Source: an uncultured Acidimicrobiales bacterium (GTDB lineage Bacteria; Actinomycetota; Acidimicrobiia; Acidimicrobiales; RAAP-2). Taken from it: a stretch of 64,000 bases of DNA. The stretch lies in the NCBI GenBank assembly GCA_963727075.1, contig CAVSET010000003.1, positions 55,481 through 119,480 on the forward strand, given 5' to 3'. The position numbers and the translations under genes were made by a program. Under the pieces are notes generated by a model. It saw only the letters and a program-made list of their open reading frames with translations. It searched no databases and was not told the origin of the DNA. Positions 10,790 to 19,469 of the stretch are shown here, one piece after another. Numbering within the stretch: the stretch's first letter is position 1; the number at the start of each line of letters is the position of its first letter.

Positions 10790-11760
10790 ATGCGGCGGTC
10801 GGGCTGCAGGGCCAGGGTGCTGATCACCGCACCCTCCCGGAGCCCCCACTCACTCACCACGAGGCGCTCGAGCCCGAGGTCCTCCACCAGCGTCGACAGA
10901 ACCACCGCCCCGATGGGCAGCAGCGGAGCCCGCCGGGCCTGGATGCCCGGGAGGGCCAACCGGGCGTCGAGGTCGAGCGTGGCCAGCCGGTCGGTGAGCT
11001 CGAAGAGCTGGCCGGCCGGGAGCTCCACCTGGTTGACCGGCCGGGAGGACGCCGATGCCGAAGCGGTCTCGGGTCGGTGGAGCGCCATGGCCAGGCGGGC
11101 CAGCGCCCGGACGGTGCCCCCGCTGGTGATCACCCGGCTGGCCACACCCGGGACCTCCGCCAGCATGGCCCGAATGGGCTGTGAGCGTTCCCGGGTCACC
11201 CGGGCTATGGCCATCCGGTCCTGGGGGGTCAGAAGCTCTCCAGTCCCGAGCTCTCCCCGGAGCCGGGCCGTGCCGAGAGGCACGCTCGAGACGGCGAACA
11301 CCTCGTCGATGGTGCCGGTCCCCGCTTCGAGGCTTCCTCCTCCGAGATCGAGGCCGAGGACCGGCTCGAGGCCGACCCACACGCCGGCCCGCTGGCCGAG
11401 AAAGCACAGTCGAGCCTCCTCCTCGCCGGCCAGCAAGGTGATCGAGGTCCCGAGCACCCGCTCGAGCCGGCTGACCAGCCGCGCCCCGTTGTCGGCATCC
11501 CGGAGGGCGGCGGTGGCCAGAGCCACCTCCACGTCCACACCGGCGTCGTCGGCGGCCGCCTGGAGCCGGCGGACGGCCCGCACCGCGGAGGTGGCCCGGT
11601 CAGTCGGCACCCCACCGGTGCGGGCCACCTCGGTCCCGAGGTGGAGGAACGACCGGCGACGGAGCACCGGGGTCAATACACCTTCGCGTGTCGCGTCGAC
11701 GACCATGAGATGGAACGAGCTGCTCCCCAGGTCGAAGACGGCTACGCGGACGGTCGGCAT
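10777..11760 (-). CDS. Ppx/GppA family exopolyphosphatase
   Basis: 327-aa ORF with ASKHA-fold phosphate motifs VAVFDLGSSSFHLMV and GLDLGGGSLE. Confidence 0.85.
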   Translation of the reverse strand: MPTVRVAVFDLGSSSFHLMVVDATREGVLTPVLRRRSFLHLGTEVARTGGVPTDRATSAVRAVRRLQAAADDAGVDVEVALATAALRDADNGARLVSRLERVLGTSITLLAGEEEARLCFLGQRAGVWVGLEPVLGLDLGGGSLEAGTGTIDEVFAVSSVPLGTARLRGELGTGELLTPQDRMAIARVTRERSQPIRAMLAEVPGVASRVITSGGTVRALARLAMALHRPETASASASSRPVNQVELPAGQLFELTDRLATLDLDARLALPGIQARRAPLLPIGAVVLSTLVEDLGLERLVVSEWGLREGAVISTLALQPDRRMVPG

Positions 11761-11900
11761 CGGCGTGACGCTATCTGTTGGCGCTCGGTGAGCGGAACGT
11801 CGGACACTGTTGGTCGTGTGGGTGCCGTCGCTCCGACTCGGCCTCCGGCCGAGGGACCCATCGCCCCTCGCTCGGTGTCGAGGCTGCCACTATTGGGGTG

Positions 11901-12734
11901 ATGCAGCTCAAGGTCGTTCGCTATGACGTTTCCGACCAGGTGGCCACCATCACTCTCGACCGTCCCGATCGGCTGAACTCGTGGACCGGCCGGATGCATG
12001 CCGAGTACCGGTGGGCCCTGGCCGAGGCAGACCGGGACCGGTCGGTCCGGGTGATCGTGGTCACCGGCGCGGGCCGAGCCTTCTGCGCCGGCGCGGACAA
12101 TCGGGCGCTGTCCGGCCATGTCGAGCGTGGTGCCTACGACGCCGGAACACCCGACGATCTCGCCCGCCCCGGATTCGGGACCGATCCACGGTTCGACGCC
12201 GATTTCGCGTACCACTTCGGTCTCTCGAAGCCGGTGATCGCCGCCATCAACGGAGCGGCGGCCGGCGTGGGCTTTGTGCTGGCGTGCTACTGCGACCTGC
12301 GCATCGCCGCGGCTGGCGCCAAGCTGACCACCGCCCACGGCCGGCTCGGGCTACCCGCCGAGTATGGGCTGTCCTGGCTCCTGCCCCGGTTGGTCGGACT
12401 CACTCGGGCCAATGACTTGCTCCTTTCGAGCCGGATCGTCCTGGCCGAGGAGGCGGAGCGGATGGGCCTGGTCAACGAGGTGGTCCCACCCCCGGATCTG
12501 ATGCGTCGGGCAGTGGAGTACGCCCGAATGTTGGCGACAACCGTCTCTCCGTCGTCGTTGAGAGCGACCCGACTGCAGATCTACTCGGATCTGCATGGAG
12601 AGATCGTGCCGGCCATCGTCCGGTCGCAGAGGTTGCTGGACGAGATGGTGAAGGGCGCCGACTTCGCCGAGGGTGTCGCGGCCCTCGGGGAGAAGCGGCC
12701 ACCCCGCTTCGCCGATCTCGAGCCAGATCAGTGA
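11901..12734 (+). CDS. Enoyl-CoA hydratase/isomerase family protein
   Basis: Starts at ATG 11901 within ORF 11778-12734. It has ITLDRPDRLNSW and the crotonase oxyanion-hole motif VVTGAGRAFCAGAD. Confidence 0.85.
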   Translation: MQLKVVRYDVSDQVATITLDRPDRLNSWTGRMHAEYRWALAEADRDRSVRVIVVTGAGRAFCAGADNRALSGHVERGAYDAGTPDDLARPGFGTDPRFDADFAYHFGLSKPVIAAINGAAAGVGFVLACYCDLRIAAAGAKLTTAHGRLGLPAEYGLSWLLPRLVGLTRANDLLLSSRIVLAEEAERMGLVNEVVPPPDLMRRAVEYARMLATTVSPSSLRATRLQIYSDLHGEIVPAIVRSQRLLDEMVKGADFAEGVAALGEKRPPRFADLEPDQ

Positions 12735-12861
12735 TCGGAACGGCGCTCGGATCTGCTGGCTTGCTACGGTGGCCTGGCCGGACGTAGTCCGGAGCAGGGG
12801 CGTCGTGCCCAGGGACAGGTCCCGAACTCGGTTGCAGCGCGGGCTTCAGACGGACGGTTCG

Positions 12862-13040
12862 CGGGATCTGGCGCAGCTTGGCCACGCGTGGGACTAGCAA
12901 TGAGGGGAGCGCGCCGTGCTCATCTGCGGTCGTACTGGTGGAATGGCCACGCCAGACGAGGTGTTATCCGCTGAGCGACTCCCTGCCTTGGCACGATGGT
13001 GCTTCAAGTCTGAGCGGGGCTGATCCAACGACGACGTGAC
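12862..13040 (+). repeat. Junction module copy A: degenerate tRNA-Pro 5' half plus ~140-bp arm
   Basis: 12862-12893 (cgggatctggcgcagcttggccacgcgtggga) resembles the first 39 nt of tRNA-Pro with an 8-nt gap. The following sequence is collinear with copy B: actagc, agcgcgccgtgctcatctgcg, gtgttatccgctgagcgactcc, tctgagcggggctgatccaacg. Confidence 0.6.
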
Positions 13041-13137
13041 AGCTGCCCTACAGGTGGACGCCCGAGCAACGAAGAGGTATCGAATCCTCCCACCAGCACG
13101 GACAGGGAGAACACCGGCGCCGAAGGCATGTGAATGT

Positions 13138-14097
13138 TCACCTCCACGCGCCCAGAAGCGCCTCTGCTCCTTCGGCCAGTTCCCTAACGATTTCAGCAGC
13201 CGGCTGTTCGCCGGATACGGCGCCGACCGACTCTCCGGCATAGAGGGCCATCGCCCCGATCTGTCCGATGGTAGATCGGGTTGGGCAGAGGGCGGAGCGC
13301 TTCGGAACGGCGTGACGGGCATCCCCCATCGACATCTCGCCCACCACGTCACCCGGAAAGGCGAGTGCTTCCGCGACGGCTGAGCGCAGTACCCGGTGCG
13401 GCGCGTCGGGCCACATCACCGAGAACACGTCGGTGATGACCGTGTCTTCCGGTCTCGCGGTGACCAATCGCTTGAGGTATTCCGGGTGCACGTCGGCCTC
13501 CGAAGCGGCAAGAAACCGGGTGCCGACCCGGACGGCCGCTGCGCCTGCCGCAAGGGCAGCTGCCATGATTCGGGCTGTGCCAATTCCGCCAGCGGCCACC
13601 ACGGGTATGTCGGCGACTTCGAGGACCTGATCCAGCAGCACGAAGAGGCCCGTTGTCCCGCGAACATGGCCACCGGCCTCGGTTCCTTGGGCGATCACAA
13701 AGTCACACCCGACGTCAGCTGCTCGGCGGGCCTCGAGCTCTGACCCGATCTGCCATGCGGCTAACGCTCCGCCCCGATGAACAAGGTTGACAAGTGACGC
13801 TTCGGGAGCTCCGTAGAAGAACTCAACGATCCCTACACGGTCGGCCGCGGCCTCCACGCAGTCTCTGTCGAGAAAGGGGACGAGGAAGTTGACTCCGACC
13901 GTGCCCGATGTGCGCGCTTTGAGCCCGGCTAGCGTGTCGGCCACCACAGCCGGAGGCACCAGCGGAAGCGCGACCGTGCCCACCGCCCCCGCATCGGCGA
14001 CCGCAGCAGCGAGTTCGGGAGTGGCGGCCATGCCCATAGCCGCTTGTTGAAGCGGGATGTGGCACCCGACCAATTCAGTGAACTGTGTCCTAGGCAT
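13138..14097 (-). CDS. Nitronate monooxygenase (NMO / 2-nitropropane dioxygenase family)
   Basis: 319-aa ORF with a TIM-barrel FMN enzyme pattern: VVAAGGIGTARIMAAALAAGAAAVRVGTRFLASEE and GTEAGGH. Confidence 0.8.
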   Translation of the reverse strand: MPRTQFTELVGCHIPLQQAAMGMAATPELAAAVADAGAVGTVALPLVPPAVVADTLAGLKARTSGTVGVNFLVPFLDRDCVEAAADRVGIVEFFYGAPEASLVNLVHRGGALAAWQIGSELEARRAADVGCDFVIAQGTEAGGHVRGTTGLFVLLDQVLEVADIPVVAAGGIGTARIMAAALAAGAAAVRVGTRFLAASEADVHPEYLKRLVTARPEDTVITDVFSVMWPDAPHRVLRSAVAEALAFPGDVVGEMSMGDARHAVPKRSALCPTRSTIGQIGAMALYAGESVGAVSGEQPAAEIVRELAEGAEALLGAWR

Positions 14098-14457
14098 GAG
14101 TCATTGACTACCTTGGTTCGCCCGCCATCAGGGTATCGCTGCGCCAACCTCCTTCCCGCCCTCGACGCTGCCGATGACTGAGTGCCGAATAGGGCTTCCA
14201 CGGTGGGAATGCCCACGGTGACGACGTGGTCGTCGCCGACCTCGCCCACTTCCTGCAGGACAATGCCCCTACGGTTGTTCAGCCGGACTGGCAGTCAAGA
14301 CGACAGGAGATGGACACATGGAACAGATCGAGCTCACCGGCCACCATCTCGCCCCTGCCGAGATCCCGATAGCTCGGATGGGTCCGATGACGGCGAAGCC
14401 GGACGTGAGTTGACCTCACCCCGATCCACCGACCCCGCTCGGCCGAGCGACCGGTTC

Positions 14458-15201
14458 ATGTCACCGGACCGATGCACCGCCCCGCCGTCGACCGATGACC
14501 CCGTTGGCCGCAGTTCACCACTCGATGTGCTGAGTAGCGAGATCGTGACCTGCCGTCGTTGCCCCCGGCTGGTGGCTTGGCGCGAGCAGGTGGCCCGTGA
14601 CAAGCGATCCGCTTTCGTCGACCAGGAGTATTGGGGTCGCCCGCTACCCGGTTTCGGCGACCCCGCGGCAAAGGTCCTCCTCGTGGGGTTGGCGCCGGCC
14701 GCTCATGGTGGCAACCGGACGGGCCGGGTCTTCACCGGCGACCGGTCCGGCGACTGGCTCTTCGCCGCGCTCTGGCGTTCCGGCTTCGCCAATCAGCCCG
14801 AAAGCGTGGCCACCAACGACGGTCTTTCTTTGACAGGCGCCTATGTGGTAGCTGCAGTTCGTTGCGCGCCGCCGGCCAACAAGCCCACGCCTTCGGAGCG
14901 CGATGCGTGTCTACCCTACCTGCGCCGTGAACTCTCACTGCTCACCGAGGTGCGGGTCGTCGTCGCGCTCGGTCAGTTCGCCCATCAGATCCTGGCCGGC
15001 CTGCTCGACCTTAGGCCGCGACCCCCGTTCGGCCATGGTGCGGAGGCGGTGGCACCTGACGGAACAGTGCTGCTCAGCTCGTACCACCCGAGCCAAAGGA
15101 ACACGTTCACGGGCACGCTCACCGAATCCATGTTCGACCACGTGCTCGCGCAGAGCGCGCCAGCATGCCGATGCCACGACTGCGAGATCCCGGAGAAGTG
15201 A
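14458..15201 (+). CDS. Uracil-DNA glycosylase superfamily protein (family 4/5, UdgB-like)
   Basis: Starts at ATG 14458 within ORF 14182-15201. It has an Fe-S Cys pair context (CRRCPRL), LVGLAPAAHGGNRTGRVFTGD and SSYHPSQRN. Confidence 0.8.
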   Translation: MSPDRCTAPPSTDDPVGRSSPLDVLSSEIVTCRRCPRLVAWREQVARDKRSAFVDQEYWGRPLPGFGDPAAKVLLVGLAPAAHGGNRTGRVFTGDRSGDWLFAALWRSGFANQPESVATNDGLSLTGAYVVAAVRCAPPANKPTPSERDACLPYLRRELSLLTEVRVVVALGQFAHQILAGLLDLRPRPPFGHGAEAVAPDGTVLLSSYHPSQRNTFTGTLTESMFDHVLAQSAPACRCHDCEIPEK

Positions 15202-15334
15202 CCGAACGGTATCTACACCCGGCGCATCCGCGCATGGATCCGAGCGTCGTGAGCGCTCCGATCAACTAGGGCTGGCAGCGTGTTCGCCCCAGAAGGACGT
15301 CCGTCCATCTAGCGTCTGACGGTGCAGGCGCCAT

Positions 15335-15376
15335 GACATCAGGATCGCCACCGCACTCCGAGACGGTCCTGATGTC
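15335..15376. terminator. 10-bp perfect inverted repeat between convergent genes
   Basis: GACATCAGGA (15335-15344) pairs with TCCTGATGTC (15367-15376) across a 22-nt loop. It lies between the UDG stop (15201) and the stop of the 15447-15943 gene. Confidence 0.3.
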
Positions 15377-15446
15377 GCGAGGTATGGCCGGTGCCCATTG
15401 GACAGCGGGTGTGTCTACATCACCGCGCAGCCGCGGAAACCATTGC

Positions 15447-15943
15447 TCAGTGACCTAGCAGCGACAGGGAGACCTGCGCCATCGGCAGGCCTTGGGCGTC
15501 CTCGTCCGGGAGCCACATGTAGAGGGGCCCACCCATTGCCGTCGAGAGGTTTCCGGTATCCACCGCGTTCGAGAAGACCATGGTGGCCCCCGAGTTCGAC
15601 ACGGAGGTAGGTGTCATGGACCGTGCCACCCACCACAGTGAACGTCAGGTTGAACGTGTACCAACCACTGGACGTGATGTCGCTAGGACCGGTCGAGCAG
15701 CCCCCGGCACCGAAGCTGGTGCTGATGTAGAACCCACCACCACCGGCGCTCGTCGAGCAGAGATTGAAGGCGTTGTCCTGCCCAAAACCGCCGGAGCTGT
15801 TGTTCAGGGCCACGTCCCAGTCGATGACCTGGCCTGGGTTGCGGTTCGCCCAAGCAGTGTCGAGATACAAATCGACCGACTTTAGTGAACCCGCTCGATG
15901 GGAAGATCTTGTAGTTACCGCCACCGAAGAGAGTGCGGGACAT
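15447..15943 (-). pseudogene. Hypothetical Gly/Ser-rich protein, about two frameshifts
   Basis: Three minus-strand ORF pieces join sensibly. MSRTLFGGGNYKIFPSSGFT (ORF 15683-15943) leads to SVDLYLDTAWANRNPGQVIDWDVALNN...FTVVGGTVHDTYLRV (ORF 15415-16014), then to SNSGATMVFSNAVDTGNLSTAMGGPLYMWLPDEDAQGLPMAQVSLS (ORF 15447-15629). No family was recognised. Confidence 0.4.
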
Positions 15944-16126
15944 CCCCTGCCTGCTGTCACAACCCCGTCGACCACCTGTTTCCTATCACCTCTGGTCCTC
16001 CGTGCTCGGGCCAACCGGTCCCTGGGCTTTGCTGGTGCTCAGAATGGCCGATATGGCAGCCGATAGAGCAGGGTCAACCGATCCAATTGATGTCTGTTTC
16101 CGCCGCTCCGATCACCGTAACGCCGC

Positions 16127-16209
16127 GTGTTGTCCGTTGAGTTACTCCGAGCCCCGGTCAGAGAAGTGGCTTTGCGATCTGAGCGGGGTTGATCCAACGT
16201 GCGTCAGCT
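16127..16209 (+). repeat. Junction module copy C (partial): arm blocks X2 and X3 only
   Basis: gtgttgtccgttgagttactcc (16127-16148) and gtggctttgcgatctgagcggggttgatccaacgtgcgtcagc (16167-16209) match copy A blocks at 12961-12982 and 12998-13040 with the same ~48-nt spacing. The expected tRNA-half position (~16030-16070) is too degenerate to call. Confidence 0.5.
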
Positions 16210-16358
16210 TGACGAAACGTGGACCGCCCAGGCTCCTGAGGCGGGCTATAGACGATAAGTGCCTGACCAGAGAGGCTCATCTGTTGAGATAGCGTTGTGC
16301 AAGCGGTCCGAGCAGGACGCTCATCACGCAAGATACGAGTTCAGCAACACTGCTTTGC

Positions 16359-16530
16359 CGGGAAGTGGCGCAGCTTGGCAGCGCGCCTGCTTTGGGACTA
16401 GCCAGACGTAAGCGCTGTGCTCACCTGCGATAATGCAGGCCCAAACGGAGCGAAAGTGCTCGTGCTATCCGTTGAAGCTAAGTAACAGTCAGAGTAAAGG
16501 GGTACTTCGGAAATGAACGGGGTCCGAGGC
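16359..16530 (+). repeat. Junction module copy B: exact 39-nt tRNA-Pro 5' half plus arm (left end of island)
   Basis: 16359-16397 (CGGGAAGTGGCGCAGCTTGGCAGCGCGCCTGCTTTGGGA) is identical to 27743-27781. The downstream 130 nt are collinear with copy A at roughly 60 percent identity by eye. Confidence 0.85.
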
Positions 16531-16824
16531 TCGCGATAGTAAGCACCGCCACGTTCGGTGGGCAGGAACGTATCCCGCCGATCCGGCAGCGTTGGGGGCA
16601 GTGGCTGACCGCCGACCGCGTGCGACGTTGTGGGACGGTCGGCCGCGGTCGTAGGCGTCGATCTGGGTGCTCGAGAGCCGGGCGGGCGAACCCGAGCGAT
16701 ATGCGGCCCCAGGCACGCACGTCCGGTCGTGCTGCGCTTGCCCGCTGCAGGGTCATATCCCGAGAGCCGCCAGCGTTGGCTCGACCACGGTCGGGCATCG
16801 GCCTGCCGCGGAGTACGTTCCTTC

Positions 16825-17990
16825 ATGCAACTCAAACCCAGAGTGCTTGAGCAGCACATCGCAGTGTTCGGCGAGAGCGGCAGTGGCAAGACCGTCTTGG
16901 TCTCCTCCTTCTACGGAGCCACGCAGGAGCCTGAGTTCCTGAAGTCGAGTCTGTTCGATGTCACGGCGGACGACACTGGTCAGGGCCACCGACTGCATGA
17001 GAACTACCTGGGCATGAGGGATTCGGCACGCCGCCCCGAGCACGACCCGGTTTTCATCCACCTCCTACGCATTCTCAGTGAAGCTGAGGGACAAGGAGTG
17101 TCAAGGCGAACAGTCCCAAGCCGTTCGACGCCTTGCGTCTCGTCTGGCATGACTACCCCGGGGAGTGGTTCGAGGAGGACGTAAGCGGGCCAGAGGAAGC
17201 CCAGCGCAGGGTTGCCACGTTCAAGTCTCTGCTCGGCTCTGATGTCGCCTTCTTGCTCGTCGATGGTCAGCGGTTGCTGGACAACGCTGGAGAAGAAGAG
17301 CGGTACCTGAAGTCGTTGCTGGGCAGTTTCCGCACCGGACTGCTGAGGCTCAAGGATCAACTGTTGGAGGACGGCAAACCACTGGTCAGGTTTCCGCGGA
17401 TCTGGATCTTGGCGTTGTCGAAGGCTGATCTGCTGCCGGAACTCGACGTCTTCGGGTTCAGAGATCTCGTCATCGGCAAGGCTTCCGATGACCTCGACGA
17501 ACTGCGCAAGGTGCTGGAGGGGCTCGTGGATTCCCCCGACGCCCTCGCCGTGGGTGAGGACTTCGTGAGGCTTTCGTCGGCGAAGTTCGAGCCGAACAGG
17601 ATCGAGGTGACCGAGCGCATCGGCCTCGACCTGGTCCTGCCACTGGCCGCCATGCTTCCATTCGAGCGACACATCAAGTGGGTCGAGCAGAAGCAAATCG
17701 GTGCGAAGGTGGTCGAGGAGTTGCTGGACGGCGCTCGGAGCTCTGGCTGCCGCGTTGATCGGCAAGGCCAAGTTTGCGGGCCCCAAAGGCCGCCTTGTGG
17801 CGTTGGTCGGTCGCGAAGCCGTGAACGCTGCGATGAGCGCTGCGGCCAAGCTCGGCGGCGACCAACTCAGGAAGATGAACTCCGAAGCCCTGGCCAAGCA
17901 GGACTACATGGCGGCTGTGCTGACCCGCTTCGGGCTGGACTTGGATGACGGCGAAGAGCAAGCGGGTCCTTCTCAGGAGCCGAAGATGAG
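16825..17990 (+). pseudogene. Uncharacterised P-loop GTPase-like protein (G1 GESGSGKT, G3 DYPGE, G4 SKAD) with hydrophobic/amphipathic C-terminal region, 3 frameshifts
   Basis: ATG 16825 opens MQLKPRVLEQHIAVFGESGSGKTVLVSSFYG... in frame 1. Around 17035 the reading continues in frame 2 (TTRFSSTSYAFSVKLRDK). Around 17097 it moves to frame 3 (VKANSPKPFDALRLVWHDYPGEWFEE...WILALSKADLL...ERHIKWVEQKQIGAKVVEELLDGA). Around 17735 it returns to frame 1 (LGALAAALIGKAKFAGPKGRLVALVGREAVNAAMSAAAKLGG...RFGLDLDDGEEQ). The motifs sit at 16870-16893, 17151-17165 and 17418-17429. The 3' end is uncertain. Confidence 0.6.
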
Positions 17991-18019
17991 CTTGCGTCCG
18001 ACAGACGAGAACGCCGGAT

Positions 18020-18318
18020 TCATTTGGGCCACTCGTGGGCGAACCTGGGGCTTCCGGTTTCTTCGTAGCGGGCGGACTCGAGGACCCGCTCGGCGTGTAC
18101 GAAGCCACCTTCTCCGGAGATCGGCGGGGCGCCTGCATCGACGGTCCACCGCTTGTCCTTACCGTCAATGAATGGGCCACGGTGGACAATGGGCTCCCGG
18201 CGTGGCTGGCGTGGCCGACACCGTTGTGGACGAACCGGAAGCCTGACCTGGGATGACGGCGAAGGCTTCGGCGTAGTGGGGAATGGACGACGGTAGCGGG
18301 TAAGATACGCGGACCCAC
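18020..18318 (-). pseudogene. Hypothetical ~100-aa protein, about two frameshifts
   Basis: GTG 18318 lies 7 nt after the SHOCT gene stop. High-GC3 segments occur in three frames: GPRILPATVVHSP, then IPHYAEAFAVIPGQASGSSTTVSATPATPG, then PIVHRGPFIDGKDKRWTVDAGAPPISGEGGFVHAERVLESARYEETGSPRFAHEWPK followed by a stop. No family was recognised. Confidence 0.35.
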
Positions 18319-18324
18319 GTCGCT

Positions 18325-18963
18325 TCACTCAGCCAACAGGCGGGCCTTCGAGGCAACGAACTCCTCTTCGGTTAGGCCCCCTGCGTCACGGAGCGCCATA
18401 GGCTTCGGCAATCTCAGTCAGCCACTGAAGCAGAGGCGGGGGTGCTCGTTGGAAGTACATCGGGGCTGTCAAGAAGGGCACGCCCACCTGAACCAACAGG
18501 CCTCCGATCCTTTCACCGCGGACTGCCTGGGGACTGATCTTGTCAACCTGGAAACAGGCGGCCGCACCATCCTTGCGGTGCACAGTCAGGAAAGCCCGGT
18601 CAACCGCTCCCTTTGCGGCGAGCTCTCCAAAGACGCCGAAGAGAGCTGTGGCACCGACTTTGCTCTTGGCCATACTGACCGCCGTCAATGGTGACTCCTA
18701 CACAATCGGACGCTCGATCTATGTGCTTACTTCGCGCTGAATGTTCCGCAACCAATTCTTTCCCGGTCGATGTAGAGGTTTTCAGCCACCGACTTGGGCT
18801 TTGGATCCTCAGGAAGACCACCGAGATAGCTTGCATGGGAGGTGTATGCAGTCAGCTTCCGCTCGACTGCTTCCCCTCGACGCTCCTCGCGCTTCGCGTC
18901 GAACTGCTCCTTGCGGGCTTCGGCTTTGTCGTGTCGAGCCTGCTTCTGTGCCTCGCGCTTCAC
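18325..18963 (-). pseudogene. SHOCT-domain protein (Lys/Glu-rich coil, PH-like YLGG region, C-terminal SHOCT), about 3 frameshifts
   Basis: The C-terminus ALRDAGGLTEEEFVASKARLLAE followed by a stop matches the SHOCT pattern. Upstream pieces are KREAQKQARHDKAEARKEQFDAKREE...HASYLGGLPEDPKPKSVAENLYIDRERIGCGTF (ORF 18727-18963) and TAVSMAKSKVGATALFGVFGELAAKGAVDRAFLTVHRKDGAAACFQV (ORF 18386-18688). The same frame is open upstream to ~19095 without a canonical start, so the 5' end is uncertain. Confidence 0.6.
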
Positions 18964-18993
18964 GTTGAATTGCTTTTTGCGGGCTTCGGCCTT
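18886..18993. repeat. Two ~42-bp imperfect direct repeats, 66 bp apart, inside the SHOCT gene
   Basis: ctcgcgcttcgcgtcgaactgctccttgcgggcttcggcttt (18886-18927) is repeated as ctcgcgcttcacgttgaattgctttttgcgggcttcggcctt (18952-18993). On the minus strand these encode KAEARKEQFDAKRE and KAEARKKQFNVKRE. Confidence 0.7.
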
Positions 18994-19469
18994 CTCCTGG
19001 CGAGCTAGCTTCTTGTCGTCGGTCTCACTCTTTTCTTCTTCGGGAACTCCCCTCAGAGCAGGCCCACCCGGGATACCTCCCCTTTCGTCGCTCCAACTGA
19101 GGTATGCGCTCTAGGTTGCGACAAGCTTCAAGTGGCGGCAGCACAAGATTGACCTATCAATACTCTTTGCTCTGGGTCACTAGGGTCGATAGGCTACAGT
19201 CGCAGGGCTAATCGACTCTGGCTGGCCTCTGAATCTGGCAGGGCAACGAGGGTCGCTGCTCTAGGCGTCGGGAGGCTGCAATCTAGCTGTCGTTGTAGCT
19301 GTCTGCTCTCGCTAGAGCTTGCTGGTCCGGCAGTCGACATAGACTCGGCTCAGGTTGCTGCTGACACGGATGCGGTCGTGAACGTCGCCTTCCCCCGTTC
19401 GGTCCGGGCTCGGCGACGGAAGCACTCTCGGATTCTGCCACCGTCACCTAGGTCTCGTTTGGCACCGAT

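Noticed and set aside
13009-13040. GGGGCTGATCC... string resembling the 5' end of tmRNA (ssrA)
   Set aside because: No tag-peptide ORF, pseudoknot region or tRNA-like 3' end (TTCGA...CCA) follows. The string recurs at 16182 as part of the junction-module repeat.
16398-16824. Minus-strand ORFs (16398-16889, 16478-16798, 16489-16716) between the island junction and the GTPase gene
   Set aside because: Fragments in three frames could be stitched into a small divergent gene. No frame has a recognisable motif, and the region overlaps the att-arm repeat. It was left unannotated.
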